Source: Planctomycetota bacterium (GTDB lineage: Bacteria > Planctomycetota > Phycisphaerae > Sedimentisphaerales > Anaerobacaceae). From it: a stretch of DNA of 64,000 bases. Location of the stretch: NCBI GenBank assembly GCA_019456255.1, contig VRUG01000009.1, forward strand, positions 20,037 to 84,036, written 5' to 3'. Positions 55,501-63,984 of the stretch are shown piece by piece. How positions within the stretch are numbered: position 1 is the stretch's first letter; every line of letters starts with the position of its first letter. Below the pieces are notes generated by a model. The model was not told where the DNA came from and made no database searches. It was given only the letters and a program-made list of their open reading frames with translations. A program made the position numbers and the translations under genes.

Positions 55501-58051
55501 AAAAGTTTTAGTCGACTTAGAAAATTTACCAGATCTTCTTAAGAAGTCGAAGCTTAAGAAAAGTCTGTTTGAACCAACAACTCCCTTTGATTCAGATGAT
55601 TTTGGATACCTGAAAGCTGACAAAGAGGTTTTCCTTCTTGAACCTGTAAAAGCTAGGATTATATCTATAAAGGGTAAGTTAAACCCTAAACACGTAGATG
55701 TTGGCGTTCTCGTTCCAAAAGTGGATAAACTCGTTCTTACAAAGAAGGTTGTAGCTAAACCGTTAGCCGTACCCCAGAAAATTCAAGCACCTTCTCCTAA
55801 AAAGTTAAAGAAAGCGATTAAGGGTAGCCCTGAAGCTGTTGCTATAAAAGCAGGTAAAGACCTTAGAGCCTATAAGAGAAGGATGAAAACGTCTATTAAT
55901 GTTGATATTAATAAGATGAAAGACGGGCAAATTAGAGCGTTAATACGTAGTACTAAGGGTGGCCCTAAACTTAATATGCTTAAAAAGTTCATTAAGTTAA
56001 GAAAGGTAGAGAGAGATGCTTTGGCGAAAGTTGGAAAGAAAGCTTTAGTGACGAAAAAGCTAGTACCTACTAAGAAGGTTGTTAAGAAAGTAAAAAAGGT
56101 TGCTGTTAAACCTGTAGTAGGGACAGAACCAGTACAGCTACAAAAAGAACTTAAAGGTATTATGAGTAGGATTAAAGAGATAGGAAAAACTATATCAGAC
56201 CAAGGTGGAGTTATTGACGCAAAATCTATAAAAGCTTTTATTAAAGAAGATCGTTTATTTCAACAACAATATCAAAGTTCCATGAAGGGGTATTTAGATC
56301 AGATAAAGAACAAAAAATTGTGGATGGAATGGAAGAAGATTCAAGATAGAAGATTAATAATTGTAAAGAAACTGAAACCTGCGATTACTCCTGAAAAGTT
56401 TGTTAAAGCAGTAAAGTTAAATTTTGTGAAAGAGATAAAACCAGTACGTAAAAAAGGTATACCTAATAAGAGAACTCTTCCTAGCTCTACTTCTAGTATT
56501 AAAGCTAAACAGATTCGGTCAAACAGTAAAAAGGCGGAAGCTAAGTTCCTAAGGGACTTAGATGTAAAATACGATAAACTTATAGAAGATGCTAAGCAGT
56601 TTACTGAAACGAGAAGGGACGCGCCAACTGATCAACTTAGAGATTATGTAAACAAGTTTACTGGAAATTCGTACTCAAAACCTGAAATTGAAAGGTTAAA
56701 GAAAACGTACCTTGCTTACCGAGACGATGTACTTAAAGCTCGGAAAACTAACTTTTATGTACAAGAAGACATGGTATTTAAAGGTCCTTGGGTATTCCCA
56801 AACGGGACGACTGGGTTTATTCAAATAGACGATGCTGAACTGTACAGGTTATTTAGCCAAGGCAGACACAAAGAGGTTAAGATAATTTCAGACGCAGACG
56901 CTGCGTTTGGAGATATTGGTGAGACCTTAAAGATTTCTAAAAAGACTGGTTGGTATAAATACCAACAAGACGTTCGTGTATCTGAAGCATTTGAGAATTT
57001 TTATCGTCCAGAAAGAGAAAAGCTAATCGAAAAGACAACTGAAATTGTTAATAGAAGATTAGAGAAGAAAAACGCGTTCTATACTTCTAAACGACAAGTT
57101 GCTCTCGAATTCAATACTGGCAATAACGCTAAAGACGCTAGTAATTATATAACTAGCCTTGACATGGATGTACAAGACTCTATTAGAAGATATACTAATG
57201 GGTCAGACGTAGACGTAAATGGTAATCTGAGATTTGGAAAGAAGATTACTGGTGGAGAAAGCGGAGATAAGTTAATAAATGAGAGAGTTTTTACTGATTT
57301 AGATGAAATTTTTGCTAGAGCTCCACATTATGAGGGAAAATCTTACCGGGGAGCTGTTTATAGCCAAAGTGAAGTTGATGAGTTGGAGCGACTGGCAAAA
57401 TCTAATGGAGTGATGACAGACAATGGGTTTATGTCTACGTCTGCCGGTAGAGAAGAAGCGGCAGCATTTGCAATTGATGTTGAAAAGGTAGTTAAAGGAA
57501 GAGACATTCCTGTTTTATTTGAAATAGAAGGAAAAAGTGGTTTTTACCTTGAATCGATGACTGACTTTGCTGGAGAGAGGGAAGTTTTATTTAACCGATC
57601 TACTTCGTTTAAAGTTAAAGGTTTCAGGTCTGGAAAAATTGCTATGGAAGATGGACCTAGGGTAGCGGCTAAGATAGTTAAACTTGAAGAGGTAACTAAG
57701 AAAGTCAAAATTGAAGCTCCGCCAGTAAAGATTAGTATACCATCGAAAGTGGTTAAGAAGGTTGTACCTAAAAAGGCAATACCTAAAAGACTGTCTAGCG
57801 ATGCAAAGTGGTTGGAAGACAAAGGGCAAAAAGAGTGGGGAAGTATTAAACGTATGGTGGTCAAGAAACTTAAAGGTTTGGGAGAGCCATCAGACGAGAT
57901 TGAGGAAGAGGAAGAGTTAGATAACGTTTCTCTAACTCAACTTAACTACATCAAAAAGTTTGTAGGTAAAAAGACTCCAGAGGCTAGGGCACTTTCGAAG
58001 ATTATTAAAATAAGAAGAGCTTTAAGAAAGTTAAGTAAGTTAAGGAGGTAA
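52523..58051 (+). CDS. MuF/SPP1-gp7-family head morphogenesis domain fused to a giant polyvalent protein (HExxH motif, degenerate and canonical ADP-ribosyltransferase domains)
   Basis: 1842 aa. The MuF core is ARTEI.R......L...ATLD.RTC..C...DGKV......P..HP.CRC (to about 53350). HELAH lies at 54548-54562. An ART-like YRG/ASYT/DKE region spans about 55298-55627. A C-terminal ART has YRG (57344), STS (57434) and ERE (57575-57583). K/V/P-rich linkers and about 70-aa internal repeats (STVKGGPKL / STKGGPKL) are present. Confidence 0.75.
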   Translation: MAAVNSELRDLILKRQHYIQSFENGSIRDIAAHYDAAKPALVTQLARLQSFEERSGLVQPTLQFRMNRLNAQINEIDVVVKSANRGAINSLTSDLEGFARLEKGHYEGLLGAQFGAIGVNIVRIPFEHVDRMVRTPLGGLVYNERMFNTYRSAMTEMKSELTQSLILGEDMAKASRRLVGVGDRFGGTVGRKLKERAEVIARTEIIRVSNEVSSGIYDANTDVLKGMQYIATLDNRTCLVCARSDGKVFYFNKNPISQGEKPTRHPRCRCSLMPVSKTWKELGADMQEPLEGGRPFVYKGKPPPGLSKRMLQFRGNPTRWSGQVPASLKYPDWLKAMDIDDPEFVRDILGNKKYGLWRSGKVQLKEMAKNNKVLTLKQLDDLVGGQYVYGPPLAKAPIGATRQVEWEIAKKNLDDYMDYMRGLKTTRIDPADITGAQIDELISTVKGGPKLTTHRFLKGLREKERGAAKKLGKKVPEPKVVVPKATKVTPPSFVEKELKKEAAKKSKALEKVEEEIGVENEVTSYLTGEIEFMERRLKASDVDLDIKVNIEKELAGYKKVIKSRDDYDIAYNNYVAVLSEDAYKKERRNLFKSIVDVEDIEDEVEARRLLNLIVDETSYIPADLLADMKTHSKLRFEILDETGRANFDPTGGEPLKISLFTKRDVTGKWDLEAPSHELAHAIDNHFSGTNGSVGMEWQTGKFVASKEGDDIRKWFDGHKTGKIGEYENGDGEFWRDNWIDDYEGRYYDDVDGDGVEWWSVNVHRYQGYLSEKRSLTKKLLDEVDPSDKSFLALVKKVDDEALKSTEWGKAKNFYPNLTKHIEKKFDPEKRFMSFIPGKVTKKVVPPVVKPPLKVVKKKVVPKKVVVPTPTPTGIVAPPQQVFDSLDFVRDLILSGGKPNKKVFDLVTSAGVDWLDQTVTKGTYRLYRGIGLIEDRLTASQIRIVNSLKDGDELPSFLFKQHVNVASYTKKKSLAKSYSEGKMQIVVEVDAPSGKVLVDLENLPDLLKKSKLKKSLFEPTTPFDSDDFGYLKADKEVFLLEPVKARIISIKGKLNPKHVDVGVLVPKVDKLVLTKKVVAKPLAVPQKIQAPSPKKLKKAIKGSPEAVAIKAGKDLRAYKRRMKTSINVDINKMKDGQIRALIRSTKGGPKLNMLKKFIKLRKVERDALAKVGKKALVTKKLVPTKKVVKKVKKVAVKPVVGTEPVQLQKELKGIMSRIKEIGKTISDQGGVIDAKSIKAFIKEDRLFQQQYQSSMKGYLDQIKNKKLWMEWKKIQDRRLIIVKKLKPAITPEKFVKAVKLNFVKEIKPVRKKGIPNKRTLPSSTSSIKAKQIRSNSKKAEAKFLRDLDVKYDKLIEDAKQFTETRRDAPTDQLRDYVNKFTGNSYSKPEIERLKKTYLAYRDDVLKARKTNFYVQEDMVFKGPWVFPNGTTGFIQIDDAELYRLFSQGRHKEVKIISDADAAFGDIGETLKISKKTGWYKYQQDVRVSEAFENFYRPEREKLIEKTTEIVNRRLEKKNAFYTSKRQVALEFNTGNNAKDASNYITSLDMDVQDSIRRYTNGSDVDVNGNLRFGKKITGGESGDKLINERVFTDLDEIFARAPHYEGKSYRGAVYSQSEVDELERLAKSNGVMTDNGFMSTSAGREEAAAFAIDVEKVVKGRDIPVLFEIEGKSGFYLESMTDFAGEREVLFNRSTSFKVKGFRSGKIAMEDGPRVAAKIVKLEEVTKKVKIEAPPVKISIPSKVVKKVVPKKAIPKRLSSDAKWLEDKGQKEWGSIKRMVVKKLKGLGEPSDEIEEEEELDNVSLTQLNYIKKFVGKKTPEARALSKIIKIRRALRKLSKLRR

Positions 58052-58053
58052 TT

Positions 58054-58272
58054 GTGGCTAAACTAGATCCAAGAGCACACCATTTTGTTTCAGATGGAGA
58101 TACGTTTCACCATCCAATTTGTAATGACTGCGTTTGGTATTTAACAGATGCAACCTGTCAAGCGTTTCCAGACGGGATCTTAGACATAGTACTTACTGGG
58201 GAAAATAACCATTCACAAAAACTGCCTGGTCAAATTGGAGATTTTGTGTTTAAGAAGAAGGAGGGAGCATGA
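58054..58272 (+). CDS. hypothetical protein
   Basis: 72 aa, GTG 5 nt after aaggagg. Confidence 0.45.
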   Translation: MAKLDPRAHHFVSDGDTFHHPICNDCVWYLTDATCQAFPDGILDIVLTGENNHSQKLPGQIGDFVFKKKEGA

Positions 58273-58550
58273 AAGTCAATGTTAGTAAGGACAATATAAA
58301 AGGTAGTGTTGAGTACCTTGAAAAAATAAAGGACTTCATCGTTTCAATAGACGATTCGGTTATTAGTGAGGCTATACAAAGGTATTTAACAACTGAACGG
58401 GAGTTCAAGATTCCAGAAAGTCAGAAGATTGATGATTACAGAATTGATAGTGCTAAACCTGCGGAAAACAGAACGTATTTTGAGCTTTCTTTAAATACTC
58501 TCTACGCTAACACTGGTGTTTTTGTACACTGGGATACTTTAGTTGAATAA
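58269..58550 (+). CDS. hypothetical protein
   Basis: 93 aa, ATGA-coupled. Confidence 0.45.
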   Translation: MKVNVSKDNIKGSVEYLEKIKDFIVSIDDSVISEAIQRYLTTEREFKIPESQKIDDYRIDSAKPAENRTYFELSLNTLYANTGVFVHWDTLVE

Positions 58551-58595
58551 GTTGTCAAAACTATATCCCTTTAGATATACTTATAGTTATATAAT
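58551..58595 (+). promoter_or_regulatory. candidate sigma70-like promoter ahead of the head-assembly genes
   Basis: TTGTCA (58551-58556), TATACT (58576-58581; 19-nt spacer) and a perfect TATAAT (58590-58595) in a 62-nt gap. Confidence 0.2.
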
Positions 58596-58612
58596 ATACG
58601 AGCAGGCAGGAA

Positions 58613-58792
58613 ATGCCAAAGCAATTAGAAGATTGTATTAAGAAGGTTATGGCGCAGGGCAAAACTAGGGACGAAGCTGTCCCTATTTGCGTTGCTTCGA
58701 CTGGTCTTAAAATGAAGGAAGACGAAGTCGAGAAGCCTAAACATACATTTATTGAAAACTGTGTTGGTCCTGGATACTGGAAATTTAGTTAA
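58613..58792 (+). CDS. hypothetical small protein
   Basis: 59-aa ORF absent from the supplied track (MPKQLEDCIKKVMAQGKTRDEAVPICVAS...). Confidence 0.35.
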   Translation: MPKQLEDCIKKVMAQGKTRDEAVPICVASTGLKMKEDEVEKPKHTFIENCVGPGYWKFS

Positions 58793-58816
58793 CTTGTTTA
58801 CAGGAGACATACCACA

Positions 58817-60223
58817 ATGGCTATTAAAGTTAAGTTAATCCATCAAATCCGCGACGTTACAGACTCGTGGGATGGGAACATGTTTAAGGACGTTGTCGAG
58901 GCTGGGATAGACGAGCCTAGTCATACTATACAAAATGTTTGCGTATTTGGTTCACGCCATAGTAAAAATGGTTACACCTATCAAGACACTGCAATAGACA
59001 GCCTTACTAACTTCACAAGTGGCGCCAAATTCTTTATAAACCACCCTTCAAAAAGTGAATCTAAAGACAGAGATGGTGTTAGGAATATGAAAGATTGGGC
59101 AGGTGTGTTTACTAACGCACATCGTGAAGGAGAAAAGGTTTTTGCTGACTTAGGTGTTCGACCGGTTTTTTGGGAGTTAGTAAAAGACGTTGCTACTATG
59201 AGACCTCAGGGGGTAGGGAACTCTATTAATTCACGAGTTAAGGTTTTTAAAGATGAAAACGGAAAAGAGCACGTAGTAGATATAGAAGCTCTAAAAAGTA
59301 TTGATTTAGTTGCTTCTGCCGCAACGACTCAGAATTTGTTTGAGAGTGCAATAGAAAATGCTAATAGTGAAAGGGACGACTTTGTCGAGTCTCTTTCAGA
59401 GGGAGAAGAGAAGGCTTTTATTTTTCACAACCTATCAGTTCTTAGTGAGGGACTCCTTGCTGAGAAGATTAAAGAAAAAGAAGTGATGAGGGCGATTAGC
59501 AATCTCAATTGGATGGCAGCTGATGTTATAGAAGAGATTTTGAAGGATAAGAAGAAGAATTTTAAAGACAAGAAGTCTGATATAAGTAGTATTTTAGACG
59601 ACTTGGAGTCTCAAATCGGAAAGATCATGTCTGGAAAGAAAAAATCTTCTAACGATTCTAACTCTCCAGAACTTTTATTTCACAAAACCGAACAGGAGGA
59701 TGACATGGATTTCACAAAACTGACTTTGGAAGACATTTTAAAGCAAAGGCCGGACATACTTGACGCAGCTAAAGCGAAGTACGAAGACGCTGCTAGAATC
59801 GCTGGGATTGAGGAGTCTAATGATAAGCTGACTAAAGCTAACGAAGGCCTGGTTAGTAACAATACAGATTTGACCAAGAAAGTTGAAGAGCTAACTAAAA
59901 AGGTCGAAAGTCTTTCGAAAGATCTCGACGCTTTCCAGACGAAAGATAAGGCTAATAAGAAAGAAGCTTTTATTTCTGAAAAAATAAAAGAGTCGAAGCT
60001 TCCTGACGAAGCTATTTCTGACGTTTTTAAAGCGGACTTGATGTTGAAGGCAGAGGCCGAGATTGAAGTCGCTCTTGCTGATAGAAAGGGACTTTGGACT
60101 GCTTCGTCTGGAAAGGTTGTGAATTCTGGAGAGGAGTTTGTTCCTGAAGGTGGCGAGCCCAAGACGGTTACTAAAGAGAAGAAAGAATCCGCGGTGGAAA
60201 AGTTCAAGTCGACTTTAAAGTAA
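58817..60223 (+). CDS. scaffolding protein, possibly with N-terminal prohead-protease-like domain
   Basis: 468 aa with a globular N-terminal half and a long K/E-rich coiled-coil C-terminal half. Lies between the portal/MuF genes and the capsid genes. Confidence 0.55.
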   Translation: MAIKVKLIHQIRDVTDSWDGNMFKDVVEAGIDEPSHTIQNVCVFGSRHSKNGYTYQDTAIDSLTNFTSGAKFFINHPSKSESKDRDGVRNMKDWAGVFTNAHREGEKVFADLGVRPVFWELVKDVATMRPQGVGNSINSRVKVFKDENGKEHVVDIEALKSIDLVASAATTQNLFESAIENANSERDDFVESLSEGEEKAFIFHNLSVLSEGLLAEKIKEKEVMRAISNLNWMAADVIEEILKDKKKNFKDKKSDISSILDDLESQIGKIMSGKKKSSNDSNSPELLFHKTEQEDDMDFTKLTLEDILKQRPDILDAAKAKYEDAARIAGIEESNDKLTKANEGLVSNNTDLTKKVEELTKKVESLSKDLDAFQTKDKANKKEAFISEKIKESKLPDEAISDVFKADLMLKAEAEIEVALADRKGLWTASSGKVVNSGEEFVPEGGEPKTVTKEKKESAVEKFKSTLK

Positions 60224-60271
60224 GTTGTTTTCAGTAAAAACTTTTGACCTTTATTTTAGGAGGTTTCACAA

Positions 60272-60799
60272 ATGGCACAAAGACAAAGACATTTACGTGG
60301 TGAAACTAACGAAGTCACAGTAGATGTTCACGGGCACACCGTGATAGAAAAAGGTGATTTCGTTTGTGTGAACAATACGGCAGCGCTTTTTAAGACTGCT
60401 CAAGCCCCAGAAACTAGTGTGGACTTCTACGCGTATCCGGTTAATTACCTTGGTGGAGTTACTAATGGTTACTATGATAACACTTTCTTAGGAATAGCAA
60501 TGAAGGGAAGTGTCAGTGGTACTACTGAAAAGATACCAGTAGCAACTTCGGGTGTTTTCAGAATGCCATTGAAGACTCAAGCCGGAGTTACCGTCACTCG
60601 TATCGTTTCTGGCGCGACATCTGCCGCAAAAGCAGCGTACCCACAAAAGGTCATAACCAAGACTCTTGCAGAACTTACGTCGTCTTACTTTTGTGTGGTT
60701 GGATTGTGCGTCAAGACCGCGTCCGGAGCAACCGCGTGCGATTTTGAGTTGATTACTCGCTACGCTGGGGTTACGAATGCAGATTGGAATGCGCTGTAA
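60272..60799 (+). CDS. head decoration-like protein (DUF2190-like), paralog 1
   Basis: 175 aa with EKGDFVCV...FLGIAMKGSVSG...IPVATSGVF. Position is analogous to lambda gpD, between scaffold and MCP. Confidence 0.5.
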   Translation: MAQRQRHLRGETNEVTVDVHGHTVIEKGDFVCVNNTAALFKTAQAPETSVDFYAYPVNYLGGVTNGYYDNTFLGIAMKGSVSGTTEKIPVATSGVFRMPLKTQAGVTVTRIVSGATSAAKAAYPQKVITKTLAELTSSYFCVVGLCVKTASGATACDFELITRYAGVTNADWNAL

Positions 60800-60841
60800 T
60801 TTTCTCTAACGCATTGATAATAGACTAAGGAGGTTCCACAA

Positions 60842-61375
60842 ATGGCACAAAAACAAAGGCACCTTCGTGGGAATCCTAATGAGATTACCATAGATGTGCA
60901 TGGTCATACCGTAATAGAAAAAGGAGACTTTGTTTGCGTAAACAATACTGCGGCACTCTTTAAGACCGCTAAAGCTCCGGAAACTAGTGCGGATTTTTAC
61001 TGTTTTCCAATTGATTACCTTGGTGGTACTACTAACGGTTACATGGACGAAACTTTTCTCGGAATAGCAATGAAGGGAAGTGTCAGTGGTACTACTGAAA
61101 AGATACCAGTAGCAACTTCGGGTGTTTTTAGGATGCCTCTAGTTACCCAAACTGGGGTAACAATTACTCAACTAGTTTCTGGTGCGACGTCTGCTACTGC
61201 AACTTTCTACGCTCAAAAGGCGGTAAGTAAGACTCTTGCAGAGCTTACAACTGCGTCAAGTTACTTTAACATCGTTGGGCTTTGTGTAAAAACAGAATCT
61301 GGTGCTACTAACGTTGACTTCAAACTCGTTACGAGGTACTCTGGAGTTACTTCTGCAGATTTCTGGGCACTTTAA
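60842..61375 (+). CDS. head decoration-like protein, paralog 2
   Basis: 177 aa, clearly a close paralog of paralog 1. Includes a 68-nt block identical at DNA level. Confidence 0.5.
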   Translation: MAQKQRHLRGNPNEITIDVHGHTVIEKGDFVCVNNTAALFKTAKAPETSADFYCFPIDYLGGTTNGYMDETFLGIAMKGSVSGTTEKIPVATSGVFRMPLVTQTGVTITQLVSGATSATATFYAQKAVSKTLAELTTASSYFNIVGLCVKTESGATNVDFKLVTRYSGVTSADFWAL

Positions 61376-61396
61376 TCACGGGGGTCATGAAATGCT

Positions 61397-61918
61397 GTGG
61401 TTGATTATGATCGTAAACTATACAGGGAATCTTGGGGTAGGAACAGGCAGTGTATTATAGACATTCACGGCAACATCGAAGTTTCGAAAGGGGATTTGTT
61501 ATTTGTCGACAAATCGAACGGGTTGCGCTCGCAGGGAGCGTCTACTGCAGACTGGTATGGGTATCCGTTCAGCAAACTGTCTGGTTCGACGGTAACATTA
61601 GCAAGCAACAGGAATCTTGCGGCTACTAATTTCTTAGGAGTTGCAGCGTGGCACTCAGATAGTGGTGTCACAGAAAAGTTAGCAGTTCACGTTGGTGGTT
61701 TATTCTTGTTTGGTTTAAAGAATGTTAGGACTTTGAAAGTTGGACAACAAGTCATCCCTGCCGGATCAGGAGTTACATTGTATAATCAGAAAGTTACAAC
61801 TTCAGTTTCCGGATCTTCAGACCATGTTGGGTTAGTTGCTAGGGGTGGATCTTTCCAGAGTGTAGTTGAGTTCAGTCTACTTACACTTTTTAGTGGTAAT
61901 ACCAATTTAATTACGTAA
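61397..61918 (+). CDS. head decoration-like protein, divergent paralog 3
   Basis: 173 aa with the same pattern (SKGDLLFV...FLGVAAWHSDSGVTEKLAVHVGGLF). GTG start. Confidence 0.45.
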   Translation: MVDYDRKLYRESWGRNRQCIIDIHGNIEVSKGDLLFVDKSNGLRSQGASTADWYGYPFSKLSGSTVTLASNRNLAATNFLGVAAWHSDSGVTEKLAVHVGGLFLFGLKNVRTLKVGQQVIPAGSGVTLYNQKVTTSVSGSSDHVGLVARGGSFQSVVEFSLLTLFSGNTNLIT

Positions 61919-61936
61919 GAAGGAGGACTATAAAAA

Positions 61937-63028
61937 ATGATAAGAAACAGATTAGGTGTAGCTCTCAGGGATATGCATGAGTCTTCAGGCAACGCCGGGA
62001 CCGTAGAGGCCATTGAGGGTATGCTTGAAAAGGGTGAATTGAATCCTAACGATTTTTCTCTTAAGGAATGTTGGGAGGCTTTTGAGCGAGATCCTCAAAC
62101 GGGCCTTGTTAGAGACATATCAGAAGCAGTTTCTACAGACATGTTCCCCAAAATTACTGGGGTACTTATCAGTGCGACTCTTATTAAAGCTTACAACTCA
62201 GTCAAGACTATTGGTAAATTGCTTACTCATACCGTTAAGTCGAATATGGAAATTGAGACTTACGCGGGTTTTAATGCGGTTGAAATGCCGGAAGAAGTCC
62301 AGCAGGGAGCTCCGTATAATGACAGTGGGATTGGTGAGAAATTCGTAACTGTACCTCACCAGAAATATGGTCGGATTATCTCAATTACGGAAGAAATGAT
62401 CTACTTTGATAAGACTAATCAGATCATTGCTCGTGCTAAAGGAATTGGGAAAAAGGCCGCGCAGTACAAAGAGAGACTGATTGTTAATGGTGTACAAGAT
62501 ATAAATACGAATGTGTACAGGCCAAGTGGTGTAGCGGCCGCGTTCTACAGGACTACTGCTGTTGGAGATAGGGAACAAAACTCCAGAGCAACTACTCCCT
62601 TTGGTGAGGTTGGATTGAGAGAAGCTTTTAAGCTCATGCACATTCAGCAAGATGAGAACGATGATTACATTACTATTGATCCGGCTAATGTTTACGCGAT
62701 CTTTCCTTTCGACCTGTGGGTTGAAGCTGTTCAGATGCAAAAAAGTACTCTCGTACCTGAGGGAACTGAGAATGCTGTAAATATTTGGAAGGGTGCTTTT
62801 ACTCCAATTACCAGCCCTTATGTTACAGTTCAAAGTGCGACTACTTGGTTTCTGGGAGATTTTGCAGAAGACTTCATTTGGTCTGAGGTATGGCCGTTGC
62901 AGACTTTCTCTTCAAAACCGGGTCATGAAGACGAGTTCAATAAAGACATCAAGGCAAAGCATAAAGTCCGTTTTTACGGTCAGGTTGCTGCACTTGACGA
63001 CAAACACGCGTATAAGTTCACTGCCTAA
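61937..63028 (+). CDS. major capsid protein (HK97-fold by position and size)
   Basis: 363 aa. Last gene of the head module, with a strong RBS (aaggagga), followed by a strong intrinsic terminator. Confidence 0.7.
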   Translation: MIRNRLGVALRDMHESSGNAGTVEAIEGMLEKGELNPNDFSLKECWEAFERDPQTGLVRDISEAVSTDMFPKITGVLISATLIKAYNSVKTIGKLLTHTVKSNMEIETYAGFNAVEMPEEVQQGAPYNDSGIGEKFVTVPHQKYGRIISITEEMIYFDKTNQIIARAKGIGKKAAQYKERLIVNGVQDINTNVYRPSGVAAAFYRTTAVGDREQNSRATTPFGEVGLREAFKLMHIQQDENDDYITIDPANVYAIFPFDLWVEAVQMQKSTLVPEGTENAVNIWKGAFTPITSPYVTVQSATTWFLGDFAEDFIWSEVWPLQTFSSKPGHEDEFNKDIKAKHKVRFYGQVAALDDKHAYKFTA

Positions 63029-63055
63029 TAGGCGTAGTATCTAAGTTGTACTTTC

Positions 63056-63110
63056 AAAGGCGGGGTGGACCGAGATTGCTTCCTGTTTTCTCTCCGCACC
63101 CCGCCTTTTT
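63056..63110 (+). terminator. Rho-independent terminator after the capsid gene
   Basis: GGCGGGGTG (63059-63067) pairs with CACCCCGCC (63097-63105), followed by TTTTT (63106-63110). Confidence 0.8.
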
Positions 63111-63130
63111 AATTAAAAGGAGGAAACAAC

Positions 63131-63550
63131 ATGGCAAGACCAATAAGAAACGATTATGCTCGACCTAGTAGAAACTGGGGAAAGGTCTCCGCAGTTACTA
63201 TTGTAACTCACCCTTCTGCTGTCACTATCACAAGTGCTGTAAGTGGATCTGTGCAGAATGACAGTGGGTACGCTATGTGGCATCCTACTGATAACCAAAT
63301 GATCACTTCTGGTATCCTCAGCTACGCTGGTTCTTCTATAACTGCCGCAGCTCTTGGCTTGACGACTATTAAGTCTGTCGTAGTATCTGGTGTTTCTGGA
63401 AGAGGTGGTTCTACTATAGTAATCCCCATCGTAACCGCAGAAACAGACTGGACGTCTGGTGTTACTTCGATTAGCCTGAACGTCTACGACATCAAGGGTA
63501 CTCTCTACGGGAGTCCAGCCTCCGTCGCTTACGTAGCGGTGGGGACGTAA
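63131..63550 (+). CDS. hypothetical S/T/G/V-rich (beta-rich) virion-module protein
   Basis: 139 aa after aaaggagga. Confidence 0.5.
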   Translation: MARPIRNDYARPSRNWGKVSAVTIVTHPSAVTITSAVSGSVQNDSGYAMWHPTDNQMITSGILSYAGSSITAAALGLTTIKSVVVSGVSGRGGSTIVIPIVTAETDWTSGVTSISLNVYDIKGTLYGSPASVAYVAVGT

Positions 63551-63576
63551 TAATCTTATTCTAAGGGGGTGAGGTT

Positions 63577-63984
63577 ATGAAAGTTCTTTCGTTCGGAACT
63601 CTGTCCGATGTAACTGGTGGTGCTTTAGTTAGTGGTGTAAGTACTTCTCCTATCAACATCTCTAATAGACAAACTCCCAATCTAGGTATCTGGGTTTCTG
63701 TTGAGGGTGATACCGGCAGAACTGGTGGTTCCGTCGCTGTGTTTACCCGTTATCACTATCAGAAATCTGGTTCTTCTTATGCTCTTTCTGCTACTCCTGC
63801 TTTCATTGTTAAGAGTGGGACTAGTATTTCGGGAGACGTTAGTACTGGTATGTACTACAGGGAAGTAATTTCAAGCGCGCCTTGGATGAAGGTTGCTGCA
63901 GTTTCTTCAAAAAGCGGAAGTACGCAACACGGGAGCGGGGTTAGTACTACTTTAGCAGTTAAGTGGGCAGTTCTAGCAGTATGA
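63577..63984 (+). CDS. hypothetical S/T/G/V-rich virion-module protein
   Basis: 135 aa after aagggggtgagg. Confidence 0.5.
   Translation: MKVLSFGTLSDVTGGALVSGVSTSPINISNRQTPNLGIWVSVEGDTGRTGGSVAVFTRYHYQKSGSSYALSATPAFIVKSGTSISGDVSTGMYYREVISSAPWMKVAAVSSKSGSTQHGSGVSTTLAVKWAVLAV

Noticed and set aside
59680-60207. 175-aa minus-strand ORF, plus other minus-strand ORFs such as 8877-9179, 34424-34783, 36514-36879 and 62381-62833
   Set aside because: All lie antisense to strongly supported + strand genes. They lack RBS and start context and have low-complexity S/L/F-rich translations typical of shadow ORFs.
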